Shown here piece after piece: positions 51,907-64,000 of a DNA stretch of 64,000 nucleotides. The notes under the pieces are model-generated. The model searched no databases. It saw only the letters and a list, made by a program, of their open reading frames with translations, and was not told the origin of the DNA. The DNA comes from Lama guanicoe (Eukaryota), in the NCBI GenBank assembly GCA_013239625.1, contig MU053652.1:1986001-2050000 (forward strand), read 5' to 3'. Position 1 is the stretch's first letter. Every line of letters begins with the position of its first letter. The position numbers were made by a program, and so were the translations under genes.

Positions 51907-54459
51907 CAAATGTGGAGAAACCCAGGCTAATCTCATTGCTGAGCACTGGTGTTAAGGATGGAATCACTCTCTTGAAATCCAAGTCGATGTGTTATAACAG
52001 CCCTGGGCCCTGGGCCCATGTGAAGGGGAAGCCACTTTGCTTGATAATGATTGGATGCTGCTCTTTGCTCCTTTAGGCATTTCTATTTAAGGTGTCTGGA
52101 GTCTTTTGAGCTCCAGAGTCAAGTCCTTAAAACAGAAGAAAAAAGCCCATGGTGGAAAAGGCAAGCTATGTATCAGATTCTACCAGGAGCTCAGCGCTGG
52201 GAACCAGGGGCTGGCCTGGAGACAGCATCTAATGCATCGGCTCCATTGTGTAACCCCACTGTGGCAGCCCCACAGGGCAAGGCCACCTGGGGCCAGGGGA
52301 GGAGAGGGCAGGAGGCTGAGGTCCAGCTGCCCTTTGGGGGTCCTTCAAGGCACCAGGACCAGGCTCCACGTCAAGTACCTGGCTTGTGGTCAGGCAAAGA
52401 TTTGGGGTATTCTAAGTGTGAAAGATAGTCTTGGAGATATAGTTTGTAAGCCAAAAATTCCAGAAGTTGAGGGACATTCTGAAGGTTTGTAGAAACAGCC
52501 AAGCAGCCTGTTTGAAATGCTGGCCTGTCCTGGGCACTTCAGGATGTTCGCTCATTCTGCACTGAATTCACTTCTCACTCATCACATTTGTCTTTGACCT
52601 CACGGTTCCTGGAGAAGTTCCTGGCAGCGTGGACCAGCATCTGCCAATTACCCTCAGAAGTGAGCTCAAAAGTCAAAAAGGCATAATTATGCCTTTTTTG
52701 GGGCAAAATTAGGCTGTGTTTGGACTTACAGGGCTGGAGGTGGGACAGTCTGCTTTTTTGGATGATTCTACCAACTGGAGAGGAACCAAGTCCCCTGCTG
52801 ACCCCAGGCAGCAGGATTTGGGATGTAGGATGTTCTGCGCATCCTGAGAGCCCTTCTGGCACAAGAATATCAGAAAGGGAGAATTCCTAGCATTAGTGTT
52901 TAAGATTTTGGCACCCACAAAAGCTCTTGCATTCAGAAAGCTCTGGCCCACCATGAAAGCAGTCAGCAAGAGAGAAGTGGGTCAGACAGGGTGATTTGTC
53001 TCCCTCCCTAAGAAGCCTGCAAAGCATCACAACACTCATCTCTTCTAGGTGGACCTGGGGCACTGAGAGTTCCAAATTCCAAGATGGCCCCACGCACCTG
53101 GCCCAGGAGAAGGTTGCTGTACCAGGAGCACTGGGGTTTGAGCTTAACTGTCCTGCTAAACCTTGTTAGCTGTGTGCTCCCCAGAGGCCTTGTTTCCCCC
53201 TGAAGGGAGAAAATCAGACTCTCCTCCCATGAAAAGGAAGCACACACTTCCGCCCTGGTTGCCTGCACCACTGAGGCAAAACCACCACCCTGCCAGAGGG
53301 TGCCTGGCAAGAGGCCAGCAACAGATGAGCCGGACTAGGATTACCAGGATCCAGATGTAGACCCAGGAACAGCAACCCAAGAGGGTGAGAAGCATCTGGA
53401 AAGTTCATGCCTCCCTCGAGGTCTTCAGGGGATGGGAGCTGCACTGTCTGGTGGCAGGCAGCCATCAGCCACCAGGCCCTGGTGCTGCACTGAGAAGAGG
53501 AAGACAGGACCCAGGGAGGGAGGGCAGAGGAACAGGCCTGGGAAGAAGCCCAGAACCCCAGCCCCAAAGTGGGTACAAATTCAGGACTTGGACAGGTCAG
53601 ACTAGACACCAGGAACTGGGGCCAGGGAATGAAATCAGCATGGGAGCAAAAAGGGTCACTTGATGTTGAGTTGGGTTGGGGAGCTATTAGCATAGGACCA
53701 AGACTGTAACTTAACAGCCACATGCAGCACCAGTGGTGAGAAGAGGTGTTCATTCTTCTAACATTAAACAACCTTTTCATGCTCTGGAGACCCAGGTAAA
53801 CAAGACCCCTTATCCCCAAGGAGTTCCTAGCAAGATGGGGGAAAACAGCCTTGCAAACTAGTAATTTTAACAGAGCAGCTAGAGTGTGCAGCCCACCCCC
53901 AGAGCACAGAGCATTGGAACTGGAGAAGAGGAGGAGGGCAGACAGGCTCTCCAAGTGAGCCAGGAACAAGCCGGGGGTGTCTGGACAGCAGGTCTCCCTC
54001 TGGACCTGACCCACAGACGGTGAGGGGCCATGGAGAGGCTGCTGACATCAGTTCAGGGTGTTTGGCCAGAAGCAGCAGAAACCTGTTCTCACTCAAGCAA
54101 GAAAACACACGTAGGGGAAGGATGAAGTTTGCTCACCCACCTGAAGCACAGCCAGGCGTTTAGGAAAAGGACTGAAAACCAGGGCTGCTCTGGGAGCTCA
54201 GAGTTTTAGGGAGCCACCAAGGGAACAAGTCAACTACACCCCACTCCACCAGAAAGCTGGAATCCAGGGAGGGTCTGACACAAAGCTGGGGTCACGTGCC
54301 CACCCTGACTGACAGTCCCACCAAGACCAGGTAAAGTGGGTGGCACGTCCCTAAAGGGAAATCAGGGTTCCAGAGCCAAAGAAGAAGGTCGACTCCTGGG
54401 TGGCCAAAAATGAACTGACAGCATGCCTCGAGTGTGTAGGCTGGGGAGTGACATAAACA

Positions 54460-54667
54460 CACCTATAGTCTGGAGCCCTCTCGCACAGGGCCAGACAGTA
54501 AACATCTTCAGCCTCATGGGCCACATGCTCCCTGGTGCGTGGACTCGGCGCTGACGTACAGCAGAAGAGCAGACAGACAATACATGCACGAACGGGCATG
54601 GCTGTGTGCCTATAAAGCTATACTTCTAAAAAGAGGCCAGGGCTGCTCTGGACCGGACCGACCTCTG
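54460..54667 (+). mobile_element. MER58A-like hAT-Charlie DNA transposon
   Basis: cagggccagacagtaaacatcttcagcc...agacaatacatgcacgaacgggcatggctgtgtgcctataaagct...ccgacctctg matches MER58A consensus motifs. Confidence 0.75.
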
Positions 54668-57600
54668 ATTTATGCCAAATTAAAGTAAAAGAAAGCTACA
54701 GGGGAGGAGAGAAAGAAAGCAAAGAGAACAAATAAGAAACCGTTCTTGCTCTGAAAATGTGTCCTGTGAGTTTCCTAGCTAAGTGCAATCTACTGGGAAA
54801 ATTTCTTCTCTTTGGGATAAAACTACCCGTAGGTTAAGAGTCCCTTTACAAACTTCACCTTCCTGAGCACCAAGTTCTGTTTCCTCCTGTATTTAACTTA
54901 TTTCTTAATTGTCTGTCTCCATAGGGGGTTCTATTTGTTTGGTATCTTCTGGAGGCTTTTGGTTCCGGCCAAGGCAGCAGCAGTCCCCCTCAGCAGGATA
55001 CCAGCAATGTACTGCCTTTTTTTTCCTTTTTCTTTATCATTGTGCTGGAACCATGGGTTTCCCAGTGTGGTACACCTGCATTTATTTGAGTCCATTTTAA
55101 AAAATACACCACCGCCATCACACCCGCACTGCCTGGGTGGCCATCCAGCTCACGGCTGGCAGCCCTCAGAGCCTTCCTCTGTAGCGCATCTGAGTCATCA
55201 CAGCGCAGCCAAGGAGAAGGGGCTGGGGACTTGGAGACAGCAGGCAGGAGACAGCAGCCATGGCAAGGCAAAAACCCAGCCCCTCTTTTGTAATCACCTC
55301 TTCAGGATGAGGCAATATGCTATGAATTAGTGTGTTCCAGGCCTGGAGTGGTAACATATGGTGTATCTCTGCTCATTCTACATTAAATCCTGACATTTTG
55401 CAGCTGTCAAGATAAAGCTGTTTATATGAGTAACATTGTAGTTTGTTTATAGGGAAATAATTTGTAGCAAGTTATGATTAATCAAGGTGTCTAAAATCGG
55501 CTGGAGGCTTCTAAATAGATTTGTTTTCACTGCCATGCTTTTTGTCTCCTAAAGCGGGGGTTTAGTCACCCCATCCCTCACCCCCTAGTACCCCACCCAC
55601 TTCTCCATCCTGTCCCCTGGGAGAAGGGGGAGAGGCAGGCTGGGCCACTCACTGAGAGGTATGGTTGCAGAAGCAAGAAAAGTCAGCATGGGGCGACGTG
55701 ACAGGAAGAAATCACCTGGAACTCTTCTGAGCCCTAAAAAGCCCCTCAAAGAGCCGCTGTCTTCTTCAACCCTGTATTTCTGCATTTGGAACTCAAATCT
55801 CCAGTTGGATTGTTATCATGCAGAGCTGTGAGGTTTTCCAAGATCCATGACGTCATGGGGACTTGAGGCAATGCAGATTTGGGGGGTGGTTCTCATCTTC
55901 TAGAGATCATTTGATCTCCTCCTTATGTCTGTGGCTCTGGGTTCAAATTTTCTCTTTGGAGGAAAATTGTTTAGCATCCAAGGCTCTTAAAAGGAAAGGC
56001 CCTCACACAGCCTCCTGCTGAGCTTCCCTCCCAAGGCCAGACTCCTTCCGCTGACAGATAGTCTCTGGTCCTGCCTGATCCTTCTTGGCAGGAGAAGTAA
56101 ACCCACTTGCATGATTTGGGGAGGGTCAAATTTGGGGAGGAAATCAGTCCTCTGATCCTGGGCTTCATCCATTCTAGTTTTGCCCTCTGGAGCAACTTGG
56201 AGCTGGCTGATGGCTTCTCTGCATGAAAATCCTTCAGATCTTGGTCAACAGCCACCATCTCCTCAGAGGCAAAGCTCACAGCTCCCCAGCAGTGCTTGGA
56301 GGGCCCAGCCCCACTCCTCCCTGGCCACCCTACCCCCAGCACTTGCTGGCTTGTCTTTATTCACCCAGGAACATGGGCTCCAGAATGGACCCATCGCTGT
56401 GTGTGAGGTGGCTGGCAGCACCAGCTGAGCTCTCTGCCCCCATGTCCTTCGGTCCCAGGCTCACATGCGGGTGTGGTCTGATGACACCGTGAGTACCAGA
56501 GTCTCAGAAGAGTGATCATCATTATTATCAGCCCTGACATTTCTATAGAACTTTGTACATTTCAAAGGACTTTCCTTTGGTTCAGGTACAAAACTGCACC
56601 TCACTACCAGAACGCCTCTTAGGTACTAGGTATACTTATTCAGAGCCTTTGAGCCAAATTGCAAATATGGCTCCAAAATGAATCTCTGCATGCAAGACGC
56701 ATGCTTGGATACACACACGTGCACGCACGCGCATCTTTCAGTGCTGGGAAGGCAGTGATCCTTGTCCCAATGTTGGCCAAGTAGAGAAGTGAGAAGCCAG
56801 CTGCCACCAAAGGGGCACAAAGCAATTCAAGACATTACAGGGGCAGCTTCATGCACTGACCAGAAGACGCATAAGCATACATTCTTGCAGCTCTGTTCAT
56901 GGTGCAGCGTTGAGGGCCAGCTGCCTCTTTGACCATGGAGGCAGAGCCAGCAGTAGCAGCAAAAGGAGGAAGCAAGTTGCTGTAGCATCACAGCCCTGCT
57001 GTGTCTCCTGCCTTCCTGGAAGCACAGAAGACAGCTGGCAGCAAGGCAGGCAGGAGGTGAGGCAGGGAAGGTAGGAATTTGCTGCCTGAGAGAACGGGGC
57101 AATTCCACGGCTAAGGAAGAGACACTGAGTCACCACCCAACCCCTCTTCAGCAAATAGCCTGCCCTCCTCCAAATCATTTGCACCTTGTATGTGCTTCTA
57201 CAAGTGTCCACTGTGAATGCTTATAGACAAAAAGCAGGTGGCCCAGGCTAGAAACTTAGGAGACACTCGTGTTCAAAGTGGAGGGGAGGAAATGAAGCCA
57301 CCGGAGGAGCCTGGGCAGGACTGGGCAAGGGGCAGAAGGAGAACATGGGGGCAGTTTTGAGGATTAGCCAGGTATAGTCAGTCCAGAGAACTTGCTGGGT
57401 CAAGGGGTTGAGCCTGAATTGGAAGGTATTGAGTTTAACATCACTGAGCCCTCCCTCCTGGGGTTTGGAGATTATTTCATGTCCTTAACTGGAGAGCTCA
57501 GAGATCCCCTCTAGTATTGCCATGTGGCAGAGAGAGGAGCACTGAGGTTCCCATTTCACGTGTAAGAGAACACAAGAAGACCAAGCCCATCCAGCCAGGG

Positions 57601-59649
57601 AGGAAGGATGCAGGAAGAAAGGATGACTGCAGAAGGCGGTGCCTTCTGAAAACAAACAGAACAGACAAATAAATACAGAACTGAAACCAGTCAGGAACCT
57701 GGCACTCTCCCTTCACTCCTGCCACCTCCCCACGTTCCTTTTCCTGCCGAGACAGCTGACTGAGCCTCTTGTCAGAAATTAATATCGCACGGGACAGTTA
57801 ATAAAAGTTGAACCGTCCCCCCACCACCCCCATGAGTGAGCGGTGCCTGGAGCAGAGCTGACAGCCTGGCAGATGAAGGAAGGGGGGGGAGGCAATCCCT
57901 CCCCCAGCCGAGTCCACCTGCAGGGGGAGGGGGTGCGGAAGAAACACAAAGCCAATTTCTTCGCATAAAAAATGATATGAGGTGAAAAACCGTTTACTGC
58001 ACATTAGGATCCACGGTTGGGCCATTTGTATGTTTTACTGGGATGGTTATGTCACCAAATGAAGCCTGAAAAATCCATCATGGGCAGGGAGCCTGACAGT
58101 GGCCCAGTCAGGGGAAGGCGGGGAGGGTGGCAGCTGGGCAGGAGAGGAGGAATGGGAAGGGACAGACGTTGGTTCTATGGGGGACCACATGCACTGTCCT
58201 CAGATCGCTCAGGTTCACATCTGATGAATCCCCCGGCAGCCCTGTGGTTACTTGTCTTTCTAAATAGAAAGCTCAGGGGTTCCCTCTACCCTTCCGAGGT
58301 CCTTCTTGGCTGCTTTGGAGGAAGCACTAATCCACTGCCCCCAGTTCAGCGGGTGATTAATTAAATGCCTATGTGCTAGGCTGGGAACCCAGAGGTGATA
58401 ACTGCCCTGTCGTCCCCATCACCTGGCAGGACCACACATCCATCCTTTAATCCTTGCCCAAACCACACTCAAGGTTAGAGAAAAATGGGACTAAATACCT
58501 TGAAAACTGGGGAGCTGGTATCCAGGTATCGAATGGAGTGGAAAGTGGCAGGAGGGAGCGTGGGAAGGTCATTTGAGTGAATGCTATTAATCAGGTGCTC
58601 TGCTAATGCCACAGCTGGCACCGGAAATGCCACTTCTCACTCACTTCCATGGCCCCTCCCCGGGACCTCTCCCCTTACATCTGAGCACGGTGTCCAGCTC
58701 TTACAAACTGATCATCCCCAGGCAGTGTAATTCTAGGAATGAGGTGCCTTCCTGGCTTCCCTATTATACCACTGACCCCCTCCCACCTGTGACCCTTGGA
58801 CTTCAGAGCCAGAAAAGCCAAGAGAATGTTTGAGCCCTTTGTTATCCAGGTGAAGAAACTGAGGCTGGTATAACCACAGGGTCTCCTAATTCCCAGCCCA
58901 CCCCTCTACGCCCAGCTGCTGCTCGAGGGCCAAGCTTTGCAAGCACAAGAGAGTCCCAAATTGTTAACATCACCTTCCCTGACCACCTGGAGTATAATCC
59001 ACATCTCAGTCACAGGCAGCGAGGACATTTGCTAGAATGGATGTGTTCTCATCCCAGCCTCCTGCCCCACCATCTCACTTTCCTCTTTCGTATCACATTA
59101 AGAAATAAGGATACAAACTGTGAGGGCTGGTATATTACACGCAATTGCCAGTGACTGAAGGAGAGGGGAAGGAATGTCACTAGATGTCAAAGGAGTGGAT
59201 GGGCTGTCCAAGATTGCTGCCTGGATTCCCAGAACCACAAACAGCCACGAGATGATCAAGAACAAGATGAATGGAATAGTCGATGAAGGTCCTTGACCAC
59301 AACTGGAAACAATGCGCGGCAGCCAAGCGGACTGGCACGATGCTGATTTTTGTTACAAGTTCATCCGAGGACAAATCAGATGCTGCACTGACACAGCATC
59401 AACTCAGCTGTTCAGTTCATCCTTCCAGGTTAAGGAAATGGATGCCAGAAGGACAAAAATCCCATGTCGGGTAGCCAAGATGTGTGTCCAGTCCTGACAC
59501 GTGCAGGGTCCTGTGGAGTGGGAGCAAAGCAAGAGCCTCGCAAGGACCTGAGTCCCAGAGTAGGTGCCCACAGCGGAGGAACAGGACCCCCGCGGCTGGG
59601 AGGCAGCCCGGGGCAGCAGACACACACGCAAGCTGTGGCACCACCAGGA

Positions 59650-59860
59650 GGCTTGAGTTTTAAAGCCTGTTCTGCTGCTGACTAGAAGTGTTACCCTGAG
59701 CAATTTCATGAACTTCTCCTCACTTCAGTTTCCCATCTGTAAAATGGGGACAATAATAGTGCTCACCTTGTAAGGCTGCTAAGGACTTAATAGATGATTA
59801 CTTGCAAGTGTTTCAAACAGGGACTGGCACATGGTAAGAGCTAGAGAAGCATTAAATGAA
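59650..59860 (+). mobile_element. MIR SINE
   Basis: tgttaccctgagcaatttcatgaacttctc...cagtttcccatctgtaaaatggggacaataatagtgctcacc...ctggcacatggtaagagct. Confidence 0.85.
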
Positions 59861-59925
59861 ATTAATGAGTCTGATGTGAACAAAGAAAACAAAAGCCCTG
59901 AAACAAAAGGCAGAAATATTTCTTA

Positions 59926-60410
59926 ATATTTATACAATGGAATACTACTCAGCCATAAAAACTGACAACATAATACCATTTGCAGCAACATGGATGCTCC
60001 TGGAGAATGTCATTCTAAGTGAAGTAAGCCAGAAAGAGAAAGAAAAATACCATATGAGATTGCTCATATGTGGAATCTAAAAAACAAAACCAAAAACAAA
60101 CAAACAAACAAACAAAAACAAAGCGTAAATACAGGACAGAAATAGACTCATAGACAGAGAATACAGACTTGTGGTTGCCAGGGGGGTGGAGGGTGGGAAG
60201 GGATAGACTGGGATTTCAAAATTGTAGAATAGACAAACAAGATTACACTGTATAGCACAGGGAAATATACACAAAATGTTATGATAACTCACAGAGAAAA
60301 AAATGTGACCATGAGTGTGTATATGTCCATGAATGACTGAAAAATTGTGCTGAACACTGGAATTTGACACAACATTGTAAAATGATTATAAATCAATAAA
60401 AAATGTTAAA
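59926..60410 (+). mobile_element. Young 5'-truncated L1 (same subfamily as 46155-47079)
   Basis: tacaatggaatactactcagccataaaaactgacaac...aatcaataaaaaatgttaaaa. Probable TSD aaatatttct (59914-59923) and aaaaatttct (60411-60420). Confidence 0.92.
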
Positions 60411-63400
60411 AAAAATTTCTCTATAGGTAAAGCTGGAGGTGAGTGAAGGGGACGCTCCAACCACACACCCCATGCTTGACAGGTATGCCCTCGTTTCTCG
60501 AGTCCTGTCCCACGTGTGCAGGTTCACTCTGCAGCCGGAGTGTTGCCTATGAAACAGGATCCTCCGACATGCATCTTATTTTCTTACTCAGTTTCAAGGT
60601 AAAATTAGGGTTGTGTCCCTCAGGGAGAAAGTCTGCCCCCCAATACCAGAAACTCCCTAGAGAAATCCTGTTAAAATCACGTATTTAAAGGGACATCAAT
60701 ATTCTTCTGATGGGAGTATTAGTAACAATAAATAAATTGCCAGATAGGACTGCAAACTAGCAGGACTGCTTGGTACGTGAGTGACAGTTAACATCTCATG
60801 GGAAAGAGCAGTGACAGCTGAACATGTCACCAATGACATGGTCTTGATTGCACAGAATATGAGGGGCTCCTGCCAGGAGCAGGGGGCAAACTGGGGTGAC
60901 GACAGCCAGGGCAGGGGAGATCCAGGCTGCAAGGGTGGGCTGTCCACTGCCGGAGCAGCCTGCAGCCCAGAGCACTGTGTCTAGGCAGGGGCAGAGGGCA
61001 AGGTCCAGGGCTGGGGGCCTTGGAGACGGATCAAGTTGTCCCCAGCCTGGCCCTGGTCCAATGAGCGAGAAGTTGACCTGAGTGTGGAGGCAGGACACCA
61101 TGACAACACTTCTGGAGACTGATGTGTTTACATCAGGTGGACATTTGGACCCTTAGTGGAACAGATGTGGGAGAATCCCAGAAACCACAGCTAGCTCTGG
61201 ACAAGGAACCAGCCAAGCGGGGTGGAACTCTGGGGTCAGGAGGGGTGGAGCCCGCCCTCTTCCATGAAGAGGGGAGAGGGAGAAATGGGAGTGGGGAGAG
61301 TCAGGATGCAGAAGATCCAAACAGAAGACCAAACGGCGGGGCTCATGTAAGGAAGCTGCCATCCTCAGGGGGACCACATCCAGCCCAAGGGGTGGGTCAG
61401 TAGGATGATCCCAAACCCTTCCAGGCGGTGGGGCAAGGGCAAAACGAACAGGGCTGGGGTAGCTGGGGACAGAAAGACTGACTGTGAGATGCAATGATTG
61501 AACTCTTGAGGTCTTGGAGCTTCTACCAAATTTCCATCATGGGCTGATAAGTCATAGCCTAAAGCCTGTCTCCGGGGACTCCCTGGAAGCAGCTGCATTT
61601 TGGAAATGAGTTGGTCACCACCCTGCAGATGCAGAAATCCAGTCCAAGTCAAACATTCCTGACACTGAAGGAAGAAAACAGTAGAGGGGTGCAAACACTG
61701 GGCCCTGACAGTGGGACACAAAGCAAGCGGGCATGTCCTTCCCAGTCACACTGCCATGGCACGTGGAAAGGGACTTTCCTTTACCACACTGACTGAGCAG
61801 GAGAGTGTGACTCATCAGCTCATCCCCTGATCCCCAAACCTTGCTTATATAAATTGTTCTAAAATGTCCTGTGGACATAAAACTTGTCAATGGACTTTTG
61901 GTTGGTAGAGAGGTGAGGGACACTGATTATGGAGTGCAGGGGACCTATAGCTTTTATATTTCTTTCACGTTTTACTTTTTACAGTAATCATGTCTTACTT
62001 TTATAATAAAAAGTTATATTAGAAGAATGTGTTATGGGAAGACATACAGGACTTTTGGAAATAACCTCTGGAAAGTTTCTGTAAGAGTCAAATTTATATG
62101 AGTTGCTGCAGATTTGGAGCCATTGTCATGTCCAGAAACAAGGAAATTCTTGACAGGAGGTTGTAGTGGGAACTGGACTCTCCCCCGCCCTGACTTTCTT
62201 TCTGCCTTACCCTGGTAATTAGGAACTTGCACCCCGGCTGAGCTGTCGGGAAGAAACTTTCCACCCCATTCCAACCTGTCCCGTGAGTAAGCACCCCCCG
62301 CTCTGAAAGAAGAGTGATGTATGACTGGACCAGCTGGCTTCCAACCTCCGGGAGCTGGAGCCCCCTTCCTCCGCTCTTCTCATGATGCCATGGTGAGGCT
62401 CGGAATTCTGCCTCATATCTGGTCCTACCAACCTTTTTAGGGAACATCCGCTTTGGTTTAGGCGCTGAGGCACCCGGACGGGTGGGAAGCCCAGCACTGA
62501 CAGCAATCCTAGCTGCCGGCGTCCAGCACAGTTGATGGGACAGTGGCCACGCTGCAGGACACCCCAGGTGTGCGTTCAGCCCTTTGGACTGGTAAACACA
62601 CCTCTTAACCTTGCAGGGTATAAACAGATGACAGCAAATGTGACAGAGGAATGCAGGATTGATTTTCTGAGTCAAGAGCCCCTCCTAATTTATACACTCT
62701 ATAATTGCCAATATTCCAGATCTTGATAGACATCTATTCTAGCAGCTCAAGATACGATCTTATCTCCCGCTCCCCCTCCTCTACCCTAACACACTGACGC
62801 TGTTAGGCTGCAGAGGGACCTTGCAGAGTTCGATAATCTTTCCAAGGTCACAGAACAAGCCAAGGGCAGGACAGATAGCACCGTGTCCAACTTTCCTGGT
62901 CTCAGTGCTGCCCCTTCTCACATTACCTTGCCTCACATAGATTTCTGTCATCAGACGAGAAAAGTCACTCAATCAGGAACTTTATAAGTCGCTGGAATAA
63001 GGAAAGACATGGGTCTCATCCCTGGGGAGGCCCGAGGCAGGCAGATAGAAGTGGAGGAAGTGAAGCGTGTCCCCAGGCCAGGTGGTACTGATTTAATAAA
63101 GGCTTTACAGGCGATGACAAAAGAAGGCCCCAAACTCTGCCCCTCCCCTCGTCTAAGCCTCCCTGCTGTTCTTTTAATAGAAGCATTTCCCCTCCCTCCA
63201 AAAAAACCTCACAAATATGGTGTGTGAAATATCAGAACTAATTAGACCAAATGGTGTTCGTATCTGTCACTGGTTTTTCTGGGCGAGAGCAGCCTGTGTC
63301 GTGGAGGGAAATTTCGTTAACTAATTAAGGACAGTTTTTAGGGGAGAGTGTCATGTTGCTGTGGGAAAGAGGAAGGGGAGGACTGGAGAGGTTTCTCGGA

Positions 63401-63884
63401 TGGGCTGATTAAGGAAAACCAAGAATAGAGATAAAAAGCACAGCGACCACAGAGTGACCAGGAAGATGATGTGGGAGAGAGGGAGGAAGAGGACTGAGTC
63501 AGCCTTGGAGGCAGCCAGTTTTATTGTTCTTATAGTCAAAAGAGGACACAGTTTGCACACCAGCATAAGTGCGCTTTCTGTACCAATAAACAAATTTGTA
63601 GGAAGGAGGAGGCAGTTTGTCCAAAGTTGGTACTTAGCAGTTGTTAATGTCATTATCACGCAACCAAGAGCAAAGACCGCATCTCATTTTCTTTCTATTT
63701 TCCAGCTCTCATCACACTGTGTGGTGTTGGTAGTTACCCTCAAATTTTCCAACCAGAAAACAGTTGAGGAAGAAGAGGAAGTATTTATATGAGCATAATT
63801 TGTGCTGGAGACAATCTAAGATCTTTTGATGTTTTTGAGATCAAACTAGGACTGATTAGCAGAATTTATCAGGAGGGAGGCTTT

Positions 63885-63992
63885 GATCCAAAATAAAGAA
63901 CTTTTTAATGATTAGAACTGTTCAAGAAATGAAACAGGCTGCTGTGTGATGAAGATGGCACCCAGGTTCCTGTGTGTTTGAGGTGAGGCCAT
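63885..63992 (+). mobile_element. CR1/L3 LINE 3' fragment
   Basis: aaagaactttttaatgattagaactgttcaagaaatgaaacaggctgc...gtgtgtttgaggtgaggcc resembles the L3 3' end. Confidence 0.6.
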
Positions 63993-64000
63993 GAGGCATC

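Noticed and set aside
53214..54014. 266-aa minus-strand ORF, the longest in the window
   Set aside because: Non-ATG start and Ser/Leu/Pro-rich random-looking composition. Part of the region may be a decayed CR1/L3 fragment. No recognisable protein.
20800..64000. A second protein-coding gene or novel multi-gene system downstream of PLXNA4
   Set aside because: All recognisable translations are L1 ORF2 remnants. I saw no CpG-island promoter, coherent exon chain, or tRNA/rRNA/snRNA. A spliced lncRNA cannot be excluded from sequence alone.

Overview
Mammalian genomic DNA, probably camelid. That call is an inference from the style of the young L1 3' ends and the absence of Alu, B1, Bov-A, PRE-1 or SINEC-type SINEs. 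The first ~20.7 kb hold the last four coding exons of plexin A4 (PLXNA4, + strand): 369-538, 4459-4671, 11136-11286 and 13650-13745. They encode the C-terminal half of the intracellular GAP domain and are followed by a ~7 kb 3'UTR ending at an AATAAA cluster at ~20713-20738. The remaining ~43 kb is intergenic with no credible protein-coding gene. It is a mosaic of ancient MIR/L2/CR1 fragments, MaLR/ERVL LTRs, hAT DNA transposons (MER91A, MER58A), several 5'-truncated L1s with visible target-site duplications, microsatellites, and a few AT-rich motif-dense blocks that may be enhancers. I found no convincing novel multi-gene system. The most interesting small-scale observations are a ~125 bp polyadenylated mRNA retrocopy nested in an MLT1 LTR, a 5' splice site regenerated at a PLXNA4 exon junction that could give an alternative C-terminus, a short-loop G-quadruplex before a U-poor acceptor, candidate tandem polyadenylation, and a 5'-inverted L1. 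Repeat family names come from recognising consensus motifs by eye, not from a database search, and most repeat boundaries are approximate.
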